Assembly: GCA_043228905.1 (NCBI GenBank)
Contig: JBHGNT010000001.1
Span: forward strand, 36,394,001-36,458,000
Reading direction: 5' to 3'
Origin: Azolla caroliniana
Lineage: Eukaryota; Plantae; Polypodiophyta
Length of the DNA: 64,000 nt
The translations under genes and the position numbers were made by a program. Positions 11,724-25,002 of the stretch are shown here, in pieces. The notes beneath the pieces are model-generated. The model worked only from the letters and a program-made list of their open reading frames with translations, ran no database searches and had not been told where the DNA came from. Position 1 is the stretch's first letter, and every line of letters begins with the position of its first letter.

Positions 11724-12900
11724 ATGTTTGAAGGTGTCCAACCTTGGACAGAAATGGTGGTGTACTTTATAGAGAAGAACGGAATTAAGCTTGGAAACAT
11801 GAACATTGAAGCTAATTGGTGGAATGTAATTAATTCTGACAGGGATGTCAAATGTGTAGGGTCTATGATAGTTAATCATTTGTTGACATCTTGGCAAAGT
11901 ACGTTGGATTTTCCTAACCTTCAATTTAATCAGATGGTTAGATTGGGTTTGGTAACAATTAAGGATGCTATGTTGGAGTCACAAAGAAGATTAATGGCTT
12001 TTTGAACAATAAGATCAACCTTTCATATTCCAAAAGGTTATAACTTTATTTGGGATAAGTTGCAACAAATACTATCTTCGTAAGAGTCAATTCCTGACTT
12101 AGATGGGCGATCTCAAGAGCTTGATTGGAGGTTTGTTGGAAATAAGAGATTGACTATGATCTGAACAAATGTTGCTTATCACAAGTTGATTGATAAACAT
12201 AAGTGGTTGGAAGAATGGGTTATAAAGATATGGGGTTTTCATAAGCCCATTACTTGGTGCCTTCATGTGATCAATGCAGGTTGGTCTTCTCGATTGATGC
12301 TACAAGCCAAGGTATTTATTTGAAGAGTTATGGTTGGAGTTTTACCATTGGGGGATGCATTAAAAAAAAGAAACATTACTAGAGGATCGTATTTCTTTTG
12401 TTCCGTAGAATTGGAACATAGTAGGCATCGATTTATTTCATGCCCGATGGCAATGATGGTTTGGAGGCGTATCAATTTAGTGTGGATGTCTCTAACTGGA
12501 GTAAGCTTATCTTCCTTCAGTTGGGTTTTTGCACTTATGAAGAACAATGAACCAATGCCTCATTTTCAAATGATTTTTGAGTTCTTGAGGTATTGGGGGC
12601 TATGGTTCAATTGGAATATGCGGAATGCCTTCATTTTTTATTCGCAAGTTGGGGTGAGAAAATATGTTCTAAAGTTAAAATGACTTCTTTTGCGGCAATT
12701 GACAGTGCTAGAGAAGTCACGAAATCGCAACCATGAAGAGAGAGAACTCTTCAAGGTCACATATCATCATATTCGCCAAAGATCTTTAGCATAGGTTGAT
12801 CCAGAATGGAAAGGTCTCTGAAGCGAGGGAAGAACCTGCGAATCCTCTACCTTCTTGGTGTTCTTGTAGTTGAGAAGGTTGCAATGTTTTACAATTTTAA
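11724..12900 (+). mobile_element. L1-clade LINE, 3' part of ORF2 (post-RT and zf-RVT-like region) and 3' UTR
   Basis: MFEGVQPW...WWNV...HLLTSW, then KVFI*RVMVGVLPLG, FFCSVELEHSRHRFISC and LWFNWNMRNAFIF, typical of the LINE ORF2 C-terminus. Confidence 0.8.
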
Positions 12901-12904
12901 CCAG

Positions 12905-15900
12905 TACATTTCGAGAGCAGGCTGCAATATGCATGGTTTTTGCATGTCACGCATAGACAGAATATACATCAGTCCGACACTAGAAAAATTTGGAACCAAT
13001 GTTGAAATCATTGCAGGGTTAGCCTACTCTGATCATATGCCGGTTAAGATAACGCTAGAAACGTAGAGGAGACCACCAAGGGACTGCAATGTGAGGATCA
13101 ACAAAAAACTTTTTGAGGATGTGGAGGTGAGTAGAAATATAAGGCGTATATGGGAAAGCAATTTGGTTGGATGTGGCGCACTTGATAAACTTCGAGGGAA
13201 GATTATCGAAACGTCAACTTATCTCCATAAGGCGACGAAAAGTAGGATTACGAGGTCTAACGAGGAAGAAATGTGTTTAAGGAGATCAATAGCGGCTGCC
13301 CAAAGGCTACTACAGAAAGATCCCCGATGCCAATGGTCTAGGGCAGGCCTCAAGGCTGCCAGAGAAACGTTGCAATGCTTGATTGATTGCATCCAGAAAT
13401 ACGATGTTATTTAGGAGTTCGGCTGCATGGTGGAGCAAAAATGGGGATAAGGTGAATAAACAATTTTTCATGCATAAACAACCTAGAACAAACTATAGCT
13501 ACAATCCGAAGCTGGTTAAGGAAGATGACTCTATCTCAGAGGATATTTCAGAGATCTTGGAGGCGGTCACCTCACACTATCATGAGTTGCTTTCGGATAG
13601 TTACAATAGCCCCGAACAACCTCCTATGATAGAATATGTGCTTGAGGGAATGCAACATAAAATTTCAGATGCGGCACAAGCTAATTTGGTGAGGCCTCTC
13701 TTGGAGGAGGAGGTGGCTGATGCTTTGGCAAGTATTTGTAGAACGTCCTGCCCAGGCTCCGATGGGTTATCAAGAGATTTTTTCGAAAAATTTTGGGACG
13801 TAATCAAGGTAGATTTGGTTGATGGGCTAAAGGAGGCATGGGATGTTGGGTACTTACCTGAGCAATTTCAAGAGGGGATGATATTTCTAATTCCTAAGGT
13901 ACAAGTTGTAACAACTGATGCAAGGCAATGGAGACCAATCACGCTGCTAAACACAATATATAAGATATTTGCTAATATACTAGCCAAGAGGGTAAAACCC
14001 TACCTGCAGGAACTAATCCATGTTGGACAAACAGGGTTCATGGAAAACAGATGCATAATTGATAATGTGCTGACATTTTGGGAGGCGATTGCCTTGGCAA
14101 AGAAAACCAATCAGCACATTGCTTGTCTCATGCTTGACTTTGAGAAGGCATATGACAGAGTTCGGTGGCCTTTTTTAGATAAAGTCATGGAAAGGTTGGG
14201 TCTACCTTTAAAATGCCGATCAATTACGCTAGCCCTTTACAAAGGAAGTTCGAGTAGGGTGTTAGTGACAGGGCATCGTGGCCCATCGATTCCATTACGT
14301 AGGTCTGTTAGACAGGGGTGCCCGTTGGCCCCCTATCTTTTTTTATTTATTACAGAAGCATTCTCTTTCTTTTTGAACAGATCGGATGCAAGAATAAGAG
14401 GTTTAGCTATCCCACATGCGAGTAAGGAGTTGCTGGACTCTGAGTATGTAGACGACACTATGCTTTACTTGCAAGGGAATGATGCTAATTTACAGAAGAC
14501 GGAAGGACGGATTGAGTGGTTTTGCAATGCATCAGGGGGGAAAATTAACTAGAACAAAAGTAGAGGATTCTAGGTAAGTTCAAACCCACGACCGTTATGG
14601 TGTCCCAACGTTGATTTTCAATGGGTCCCCAATGGCATGGCTGTTAAGTATTTGGGTTTTTTGGTGGGAGTTGAGACACCAAAAAATTAGCAGCTTGATA
14701 AGGTCAAAGACAAAATTAGAAAAAAGCTTCGGTTGTGGGCATCAGTAAAGCTCTCCCTTGCTAGTAGGGTTGTGGTGGTGAACCATATTTTGCTGGCCAC
14801 CATGTGGCATTCAGTGGCATGTTGGATGTTAGACAAAGCCTACATAAAAAATATTAAGGCAATGGTGAGAGGCTTCTTGTGGTCGGGTAGAGACAATGAA
14901 AAGGCATCAGCTAAAGTGGCGTGGGGTTGTTTAGTTAAGACAAAGAATGAGGGAGGACTTGGACTAGTGGATCCGGTTCACCAAAGTAAGGCTCTACTTG
15001 GTAAGCTTTTAGTGCGAAGTTTACAACCCGGACCAGAATTGTGGAAGGTGCTCCTTAGGAATAGAGTTTACCTTTGGTGTCCCAGGAATGGTGGTCCTTG
15101 GCAGGAAAATACATGGTGGTTGTTCATCCCAGCTCTAAAGTTGAAAGAACCGGCTTAGCATGGAGGATAGAGTGGTTCGCGCCATAATGAAGGCATGGTC
15201 AAGTTTAAGAGAAGGGTTAGTCTTAATGCAACCAAAAACACTAGATGAACAGCTACGACAACAGTTGTTTTGGAACCCTAGGATTAGAAGTGAAGATGGT
15301 AAGATGCTTGGACAACAAAAGTACTTGCCTTGGGGGAAGATGCTAGGGTACAAGATTCAGTCGGTACACGATTGGGAGGTTTTCAGCATGAAGAGGCGGA
15401 CGGGTCAGACTGTTAATTGTAGGATTATTGGAAGACTAGCGAAGGTAATCCAACTGATAGATGGGGTTGTTGATGGATTGGATAAGCTGCCTACGAAAGA
15501 GACAGTTTGGTCGGGCAGGTTTGTAGGTGAGGGTGACGCACAACGTAGGTGCTCAACTAGCGAGGAACGTTTGTGGGGTAACCAAAGTTCTTTGACAGAT
15601 GATGGTAGGTGGATGGCAGTGTGGGTGGCAGTGTTGGAGGGTAAGTGGTGGCAATTGAACCCATACCCTAAGACCCTGGATCATGATTGTAAAATATGGC
15701 TTTACGATAATAAGTCCTTATATGATTTGGAGTGGGACCCATTGGAGGTTTGGTGGCAGACACCAGGAACAAAAAACTTGAAAAAGTTTTTTGAATACAA
15801 TACCAAGCTAGGAAGACGAATCGTTGGCTCCAAAACCGTGGATGCTGGAATGATTCGCAACAGTTGGAAGGATAAAGGCATTTCAGATGACGATTTGAAG

Positions 15901-16852
15901 TCGTTTTGGAGGAGACTATGGGCATTGGATATGCCAGAAAAAATTAAGGCTTGGCGGTGGCTTCTTAGCCACAAGGCGGTACCTGTAGGCGAGTGGTTGA
16001 GCTCTCGTGGTGCTGAGGCTAGCTGTAAGTTATGTGGACAGGCTTTGGAATCAATCTCTCACTGTTTTTGGAATTGTACAGAGGCGATTAGCATTTGGAG
16101 TAGAAGCCTTCGAATTGTGGCAGCCTGTGGTGTGAAAGGGAATGTTGTGTGGGGCTCAATACAAGGGTTGTCCTTAAAAGGGGAAAGTTGGGGTGAACAG
16201 TTAACCCACAAGGACATGGATTTATAGTGCAGGGCGGTAGCATGTTCCAATGTGATGGTGTGAGGCCAGGCACAAATTCTGAAATTTTTGAGGAGATTTG
16301 GCTTATGGTGGCCTGTTTGACGGCCTGGCACATCTGGATCAGATGTTGTAAGGTTGTTTTTCAGCAGCAAAAGATCTCATGCGGGGAGATGATGTTAAAT
16401 ATCTAGTTTGATCTTGTGGCTTGGTTGCGCGGTCGGTATGATTCGATTCAAGGGGATTCAGAAGAAGCAGAAAGGGCAAGGTCAAAGTTCTTGCTGAAAT
16501 GGAGTAGCTCTCCCATGCTAGTCAAATCTTCATCCAGGCCTAAGTGGAATTACCAAGCACCTAGGTGGTTGTTTCCACCAATGGCTCCCAATATTGTACA
16601 TGGGTTGTAATTATGTATGTATAGTTGACACAAACGTGTGTTAGGGAGTTGTAGAGTAGGGGTAAAATAGGGTTTAATTCAATTTTGCTTGAGTTAAGGA
16701 TCGGTTGAGTTTTTTTGTTGTTTTTGGTTGATAGTTTTGGAGTTGTTTCTCCAAGTTGTATATGTTGATCCCATTGTGGATTTGGATAAACTTTGTTGTA
16801 TTCTATTTGCTAACTAATGCGAAGTAGTGGTTTTTTTTTTTGGAAAAAAAAA
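12905..16852 (+). mobile_element. Second L1-clade LINE, 5'-truncated within the endonuclease, with RT, zf-RVT and short A tail
   Basis: SRIDRIYIS...SDHMPV (EN end); WRPITLLNTIYKI, LDFEKAYDRV, RQGCPLAPYLF, YVDD (RT); KVAWGCLVKTKNEGGLG; CKLCG..ESISHCFWNC; A-run at 16844-16852; several stops and frameshifts. Confidence 0.95.
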
Positions 16853-17679
16853 TAACAATTTGATTTGTTTTTTTCGCTTTCCACTCAATTACTAAGGCAA
16901 TAAGGGTTGGCAAAAATGTTCCTTGTAATTCATTTCCAAAGTTCCATGTCAGGCCATTCAGAATGGCCTTTTTAACACAATTCTTGCAAGTGATTTAATC
17001 AGCATTGTGCCTACCAAATTACCTTTCATGTGAATCTTATTTTACACAAAGTAGAGGTTTGGTTCTATCAACAACCATCTGGAATAACAAATGGAGTCCC
17101 AAGTAAGCAAACTATGGAAAATCTTGCCAAAAGACTTTTTTTTATATTAAAGTTTTGCCTATTCCATGAGAAGGTTTTTCACATATTCTCCAAATGGTTA
17201 TTTTCAATTGTTTTGGAGAATAGTAGTGATATTTGCCAAACGATAAGGAGGAAATGGTACTGAAAGTTGGAGATATAATGCCTAGTATTTGTATACTCTT
17301 AGGGTCTCACTTGACATAGGTTTGCCCAATCACGCATGCTTGACAAATCTAGGATCAATCATCTAGTCATGCTTTTCTATTGTTGTTTTCTATATTTATC
17401 AATAGGATATCCCTTACCTTCCCAAGTGCCACCTCCCTCCCCCACCCCTTAAAGTATGTAGTCCATTTTGTCGTACAATACTTTACCAAAATATTGTCAT
17501 GTGTTATTTCTTTACTCACAATTCCAAAATGTATCCTTGCCTTGAGAACGTGGAAAATACACCCTCAAGAAAGAAAGAAATATACTTGAACGCCTTTCAC
17601 AAGGCCAAAATGGCCTATAAGACCAAACAAGAGATTGCATCTTAAGTGGTGTCTCATCTTTGAGAACAAGAAGATAAAG

Positions 17680-17713
<34 letters not shown>

Positions 17714-17759
17714 ATAGTAGCATCCATCCTATAGTCCAATATTAATGCTTCTTTAAAAG

Positions 17760-18480
17760 TCTAGTTTTCTATATTTTCAAAACAACCCCATGTAGTACAT
17801 ATTACCCTCTAAGTTTTTCAAGCATGCCTAGAATTTTCATTGTATCATGAACATCCCTATGTAATATATATCGGACCAATACATATATCATCCCTAAGTT
17901 TTTTGAACATTTCTAAACATCCCTCGCTCCAAAGAAAAAAGTCAATTTTGTTGTGAGATCTTATGTTACCACGATACTATTGTTAATTTTTCCTTCTACA
18001 AGATTAACCCTAAGTTTTTTGAGCATTCCTTGAATACCCTCTTAGTAGCAAACACATTTGTTGTATGGTACTTAACCAAAGCAATATTGTGAGTTCTTCA
18101 AAAAATTGTGCTTTTCTAAAATAACATGACTAGCCCATATATGCAACACATAAATCATATTTATATGATCACACTTCCATGGCCCACAATACTAAGTTTT
18201 TTCAAGCATTCTTGCAATACCCCAAGTAATGTAATCAAAATTGTAGTGTGGTACATTGCCAAAATACTTTCCCAGATTTTTCAAACTAATTCATGTTTTC
18301 AAAAACTGCATGAATATCCCTTATGTAGTATATATATTGTATTTATCGAATAACGCCACGTTTTTTCAAATATTTCTGGCATGGCTACCATCTAAGGTAG
18401 TCAATATTTTTGTACAATGTTTAACCAATATGCTAGCCCAAGTTCTTCGGATGATTTCTAGATTTCTATAATCATATGAA
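17760..18480. repeat. Degenerate dispersed-unit repeat (CCCTAAGTTTTT...AGCAT...ATACCC), probably a non-autonomous TE remnant
   Basis: The motif recurs near 17805, 17891, 18008 and 18190 with irregular spacing. Confidence 0.45.
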
Positions 18481-19037
18481 TACCTTTTGTTTCATGGTAT
18501 ACAATATTATCATTCGGATAACATTGAACTTAGTACGATGGATACTTTATATTTCATAAAGTTGTTGTGTGCACTCTTTAATTAGTACTGTTTGAAACTT
18601 TGGTAAATGCCTAATGAGCTAGGGGGGTAGCTTAATGGTTTGCACTTTATTTTTTAGAATTGATAGGTCTCATGTCAAAAGAATTCGAGTATTTCTTTGA
18701 AACTTAGGGATATTCTTGTAAACATATAACTTGTAATAGGGATAGCTTAATTGCCTGCACTCTCTTTTTAGGACTGATATCATCAGACTTTCTACGACAA
18801 CTTGTTGAGTGGTTGTCTTCTTCAATCTTTATATTTCATGGTTCTAAACTTCTAAAGTCAAATTTTAGGAGCCATCCGGTTGCATGATCTCGAATAAAGT
18901 TCCAAAGGCTTTTAGAGTAAGTGTAACATCAAACCCATTGCTAGAAACTAAAAACCCTATTATTTTATCGGCTTAAGCATGCATTGATGAGTTCACACTA
19001 GGATGCCCAAATACATTTCCTCCCTAATATTGCCAGG

Positions 19038-19487
19038 TGTTACGGGCATGACCATATAATATCCCGTGGTGAGAATTTATCGTAATATTCTATACACGTG
19101 GATAAGTGTGAGGGTTAAACGAGAGTGTAAAGTAGGGGAGGATTACTTTTAATCCTCGGGATTGAGACAACCCATTAGGCCAAGTGTGAACTTGCCTAGG
19201 GGCCTTGGGTATCGCTATAAATATGAGGCCTAGCTACCCTCATTTCATCATCTTTTGACTACATCAAGACCCTAACGTTGTGGTGGTCAACTCTTTTAGC
19301 GAGCGTGCCAGCACCAGGTACAACTCGACGCCGTGGCAGTGGTATGGGACGCCGATCGAGGCTCAAGTCCGTCTCGATCCCTTCGCTCGGGGGTGGTCGA
19401 GTGGATCGGCAACCTTCTTTCTCTCTCCTTTCTATCTATCTATCCTTTTTTCTTATCATATGCTTACGTTAGATCATAACTCTAACA
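19038..19487 (+). mobile_element. Solo LTR (450 bp)
   Basis: Terminal inverted repeat TGTTA...TAACA; TATA box CTATAAATA near 19216; flanks CCAGG / ACAGG (4 of 5 match as TSD); no internal domain adjacent. Confidence 0.8.
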
Positions 19488-21284
19488 ACAGGTCTTTTGT
19501 TATGATGTTTACAAACGTAGATATAGATGGGGCATATGAGCTACAAGACACAATGTATGAGTGAACTAACTTTGTCTGAAACATTTTCATTATGGTGAAT
19601 ATCAATACAGTTTGACATACAGGATGTGTCATACATGCTTTGAGATATGATGTATACATGGTTTGAATCAACATTAGTCAAAGCTTTTGTATTATGGTTG
19701 ATGGCAATAATATTGTCATAATGGTGGTTAAACCTTTTGGACATATTACTAATGCAATGTGTGTTTTCCCGGGTATTGAACATTTCCTTTTCTATTATAT
19801 TTGCAAGCTTCGCATGATTAGGTGGAGAGTGTGAAGATTTTGAGAGTTTGGTGCAAGATTTGGGTGTTATGGGAATGCAAAACAAAAATATCAAATATGG
19901 AATTCTAGGGGGGGGGGGGTGGAGATCATTGTATCGAAGGGTCAATTAAGATATGAGAGCCAAACGAGGCAAGTGTGTATTTTGCTCACAAGCAAATTTC
20001 ACACTATTTTTATGCATAAGCACATTTGAGGTCCTTTAAGAGTTACCACTATCAAATTCCACCGAATATAAGGGGATTTTGTATACGAGTTCTATCTTAA
20101 TAATGCTCTTACCAAAATAAAATAAAATTTGACATTTTCCAACATCTAGGGACTGTTTTGTTTAAGATGATGGCACTTTTGACTTTGGCTATGTGCATAA
20201 TCACCCACATTAGAGGGGAATGGAACTGATATTCCAAGCATTAGGGAGACATTGATGTCTTTCCATGTAATCGTGCACCAAATGTTGGTTCAATGCAAGA
20301 CATACTAGGTTAGAATTATGTGCCTCGTCTCAATTTGTCAAGTTTTTAGAATCCTCAATCAGTAGCAAGCTAACCATCCAACTTGTATGTTGTTTTGTAG
20401 TACCCCCAACATGATGATAACACCATTTTCGCAAAATCATCACTTCTCTACATGAAAACCAACTTCAAATTCGGTTGATCCAATGCATGCTTACATCAGT
20501 TAGCCTACAAATTGACCCATCCTTTTTCAAGCTACTGTATCCAATTAGTGTAAGCATCGAGCTTTTGAGGCTGGATTATTAATGTATTGAGTGAGGTTCC
20601 TTGAGAATTTAGTGAACTTACATTGGAGAAGGAAGCAACAATACAATATTTAGTGAAATCTTATTTTTCACTCAAGCAAATAATCGCACCTCCTAATGGG
20701 ATTGCCCTTTGGGCAAACCTAAAAGGCCTCACATGATAATTATTACGAAATTTGTATTTCCTCGGAAAAGAATTGCAAATCGCTAGGAAAAGTGAAAGGT
20801 TGCAAGATTGAAGAATTTTAAAATAAAATAATGGTTGCATATTTTAGGGAAGGACAGGGGATGTTGTAAGACTCAGGAGGTGAATTCTTGATGATTTGGG
20901 AATTCTGAAGCTCTGTGTTCCGTTCAAGACATATATGTCACTATTCTGAAAAAGGGGTTGATGATTACTTGAAATCCCACCTATTTTGTAGGTTGTAGCT
21001 GATATACCTTTTTTTAAAACTAATGGAAGGATATTTTGTTTAAAAATAATAATAATTCTTGATGATTTGTACACTTTTTGCATGGCAAGGATTATTTGTT
21101 ACAAACAAGAGCCATTCACTTAGTTAATCATAGATCATTTAGGTACAAAATTTTTAAACAAGGGCATGTGTATAGGGTCATTAAATACACGTGGAAATAA
21201 CTTTGCGCTCAACTGAAATTGAAAATGAGGTGTCCATACACATAAAGATCTAGAAGTGTAATGTTTGTATATATATACATATAT

Positions 21285-21315
<31 letters not shown>

Positions 21316-23655
21316 TATCATATATGGGTATGTAATGCTACAAATAGATTCGGAAATAGAAGCAAATACCATGCAAGAATCTCATGGATACATGAAAAGT
21401 TTAAATGTTTAATATATATAGCTTCAACAATTGAAGGTGTGCGTTAAAATGTGTAATTAAGCAATTAATATAACTGTAGTGAATATACCAAAGTTGAAGA
21501 AACTACTATTTATATTGGCAACTACGATACAATAGTTTTGATACATTTAAACAATAAAAGGGTTCTCACTTAATGGCTAAAGGACATCCGAATGGAAGAG
21601 GTAATACAAGGAGATGTTGAGAAGGTTGGTTTGGGTAGAACTATAAGAAATATATGTGAGGCCTACGCTATGGGCCGATACTAGATACAATTGGGTGAAA
21701 CTTTCACTTCAATAGCATGTGAGGCTCCAATATTGTGGATTATCTTTTAAAGGAACAACGAATGGTTTCATAAGTAATATAATGTTTTAAAGTAAACAAG
21801 AGTCAAGAAGTCATTGTATGATCATGTTGCCTTAAATATAAATGCTCAAATCTTGTATAGCCCCCCATTCTTGTCCATGTTGAAAATAACCATTTGAGAA
21901 TCCAACCACAAAAGTAAAGTGAATATGTTGTCAATGTATAGGTATCATTAGTAGATGTGAATTTGCCGATAGACACTCGTGCTCATAAGCAACTCTTTGC
22001 AAATATTCCACTCGATTTATAACAAAATGTCATTTGTACTATATTGAAAATAGCATAAAGTTCTGATAAGCACTTTTTTAGTCTCGAATTAATCTCCCCC
22101 CCCCCCTTTTCTCAGCCATAATTTTATCTTAACCTTCTAATGTTTGAGTGAAAGTATTGAGCCTTTATATCCAGCACTTAAGCTCCATTATTAGTAGGTG
22201 TGGTTAATTAAAATCAAGAGTAAATACTCACTAGAATTTTGTATAATTTCTTGTTGCTTTCCTTTACTTTAAGTTGCCTTAAAGTTAATAATGCCTTTAT
22301 TGTATTTGTTAGTTTATAAGAGAAGGACATGATTAGAGGATTTACTTAGGTTAGCTCTTTGGGTGCTTGCTAGGTACACATTGAGAGTGGTTGACACCCA
22401 CTTCACATACACTTGGGTGCATATCCATCCAATCCTATGCACCAATTTGATGCAAAAGGTGACTATTAGTTCATTGCGTTGACCAAATCCAACATGTGAT
22501 AGGGTGGAAATGGTAGCACATCTCCCTTGCGTTTAGTCTAATCGTGTAGGCGTGATACATCCAACTAATGCTTTAAAGTTCCCACCACAAATATGGTTTA
22601 GTCAATGAAGGTTTTAACTTCTAGTATATAACATTTTAGGATTATTTCTCAAATATTTACATCAATTAGACACCTTGTAGCTAAATTTAAGATTGTACCA
22701 CAAGTACTATCATATATTTGCTCTTGACATGTTTGTTCATACCATCAAGTTTTCCCACAAAATAATGTTTAGATGAACATCCTTATTCATAGATGTAGCA
22801 ATACCTATTTGGGGAGAGGACGACTATCCCTACCATAATTGAGATATGTTGTATACTTTTGTTTGGAGGCTGGCCTTAGATGTTCAGATCTAACACATGC
22901 TTCATTGATCCAATCACTAATTCATGGGAGGAGATGTCGGGGTATATACTTACTCAAAATGAAAAAGTCGAATTGTGTAAGCATGAAAGATGACTACATG
23001 ACAAATTGCTTAATGAGCAAACTTCTTGTTAATTAGCATATAAACTCGTATGAAAACCAAGCACTTGGGAGGCAATCTACATGTAGACTATGAAAATGTT
23101 CACTGATTGAGTTCAAAAAGTTGTCTCCCACATTAAAATATATGGTTTAGTGGACTATCACGGCTTTTTAGACGCAATCGAGTCTAGTATGCTTCATGAA
23201 TCATAGGCAGCTAGAGGGAAAGTTACAGTAAAGCCTATATTTCGAGGTCGATTCTACTTTTAAAAAAGAAAGTCTTATTTATTTTCCCCACAAGAAATAA
23301 CTGACACTTCCTTGTGGAAATACGACCAGGGTTTTCTTTTTGTGTGTGACATGTGCAGCATCGAAGGTTGTCACCCAAGGAGTTGAGGTTTTATTTTCGA
23401 GAAGAGAGTGGGAGGGGGGGAGTATGCATCATCCATTGGGGGTGCCAGGGAGGGACCATGTGATAGTGTCTCATCTTGTCGAAATCGTTACAGAAGAAGA
23501 AACCTTACAAGACACTTGTAGGAGTACTAGTAGGAGGAGGAGGAGGAGGATGTGATTGGAATCACAAGAACTCTTGGTTTTGTTCTTACCCGAGAAGAAG
23601 AATCTAATCATTTAAAAAACTAAAGAAAATATAATAATTACATAATAAAAGGGAA

Positions 23656-23691
<36 letters not shown>
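23656..23691. repeat. (AAT)n microsatellite
   Basis: Direct reading of the sequence. Confidence 0.95.
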
Positions 23692-23692
<1 letters not shown>

Positions 23693-24322
23693 CCTCTATA
23701 AGATTAGTGAATTCAACAAAATGTACCCTTGCGTTCTATTATGTAAGTTAAGAAGAGAAAAACGAATTAATAAAAAGGTGGGGAATACAAAATAATAATT
23801 CCTAGAACATACCCTCGTATTTCCAGGAAAATGCCCTTAGGTTTTCTGTATTTCCCGAAATGCCCTGCCCCCCTTCCAGACCTCCCTCCCCTCCCGCCCC
23901 CCAAGAAAACAGAAAACCAAAAAAACTGTCTCTAGGGTGTTCAAATTGTATGAGGGGAAAATTTTAAGGCATCATACTGGGTGATGGAAAATTAGGTCAC
24001 AAAATTGATTGGGTTGAGCCATGGGTGCAGGGTTGATCCATTCAAATATCTGGGTTGAATTAAGTAGGTGACATTGTGGACGGCCCATAATGTGAATTAA
24101 TGTTAGAATGTGATGATAGAGAATGATTAGGGCGAAATTTTCGACGAGTGTGAATGATCAGGGTTAGGGTTTTGATGGACAGAAATTAGGGTGGAAGGGG
24201 GGGGGGGGGGGTGATAATGAGAATTAGGGTTAATTTGACGACCGCGAGCGATGAAGATGCTGATGGAGATGATGAGGATAGCTATGGCGTCAGTACAGAG
24301 AAATGCACGCACACAGAGACAC

Positions 24323-24357
<35 letters not shown>

Positions 24358-24524
24358 GGAAAACACACGCTTTCTTTCTTCTTCGTCTTCTCGCTTTTCG
24401 CTTTTGTCTTTTTCTCTTCTTTCGCCCTTCCTCTTCTCTCCCAATATCTTATCTATCCTGTCTATCACTCATTTGCATCTCCCCTGTTCTAACTTCTTCT
24501 TCTTTATTCATTCATTCATTCTAT

Positions 24525-24790
24525 CCCTAACCCTAATCCAGCCCTAATTCCAATCCCTAGCCCTAGTTTAAAATCCTTAACCATTATTCAAAATCCCTAA
24601 CCATTGTTCCAAATCCCTAACCATTGTTTAAAATCCTTAATCCTACTCCGAACCCTAACCCAAGTCCTACTTCAAATCCCCTAGACCAAGGTCAAACTTC
24701 AACTCTAACTCTATTGCAAATCCCTTAACCCTAACCCTAGTTTCCTCATCCCTATCCTTACCTTAACCCAAACCCTAATTAAAATCCCTG
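24525..24790 (+). repeat. Degenerate telomere-like / telo-box-rich tract upstream of the HD-Zip gene
   Basis: Many CCCTAA/CCTTAA/CCCTAG units, AAACCCTAA at about 24770, and a 20-bp unit AAATCC(C/T)TAACCATT(A/G)TT x3. Confidence 0.7.
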
Positions 24791-25002
24791 TATCAATCAT
24801 CATCTTCTTCTTCTTCTTCTTTCTTAATAGCACTCCCCTGTTTCCCCTCGCTATTTTCCCACTGTTTCTTATTTGTTGTTGCTTCTTTCCTCAGGTTTCT
24901 CGTCATATACTCTTTTCTTCTGTTTTTCCGGCTTTGCCTTTAAGTTTAACCTGAGGATTTCTTTCTGTCTTTCAACGGAGTGAAACGGAAAACATCAGAG
25001 TA

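Noticed and set aside
11724-11924. N-terminal part of the 227-aa minus-strand ORF as genuine LINE protein
   Set aside because: It is the antisense of the plus-strand LINE segment; RT similarity begins only at about 11723.
12887-16862. ACAATTT on both sides of the second LINE as a TSD
   Set aside because: Short, AT-rich and not flush with the apparent 5' boundary.
20100-23200. Coding-like decayed stretches (also 6100-6600, 16900-17300, 27800-28700, 51700-53500)
   Set aside because: Probably old TE remnants, but I could not identify a diagnostic motif to support a call.
24127-24547. Several overlapping ORFs upstream of the HD-Zip gene
   Set aside because: Artefacts of GA/CT microsatellites and low-complexity sequence.
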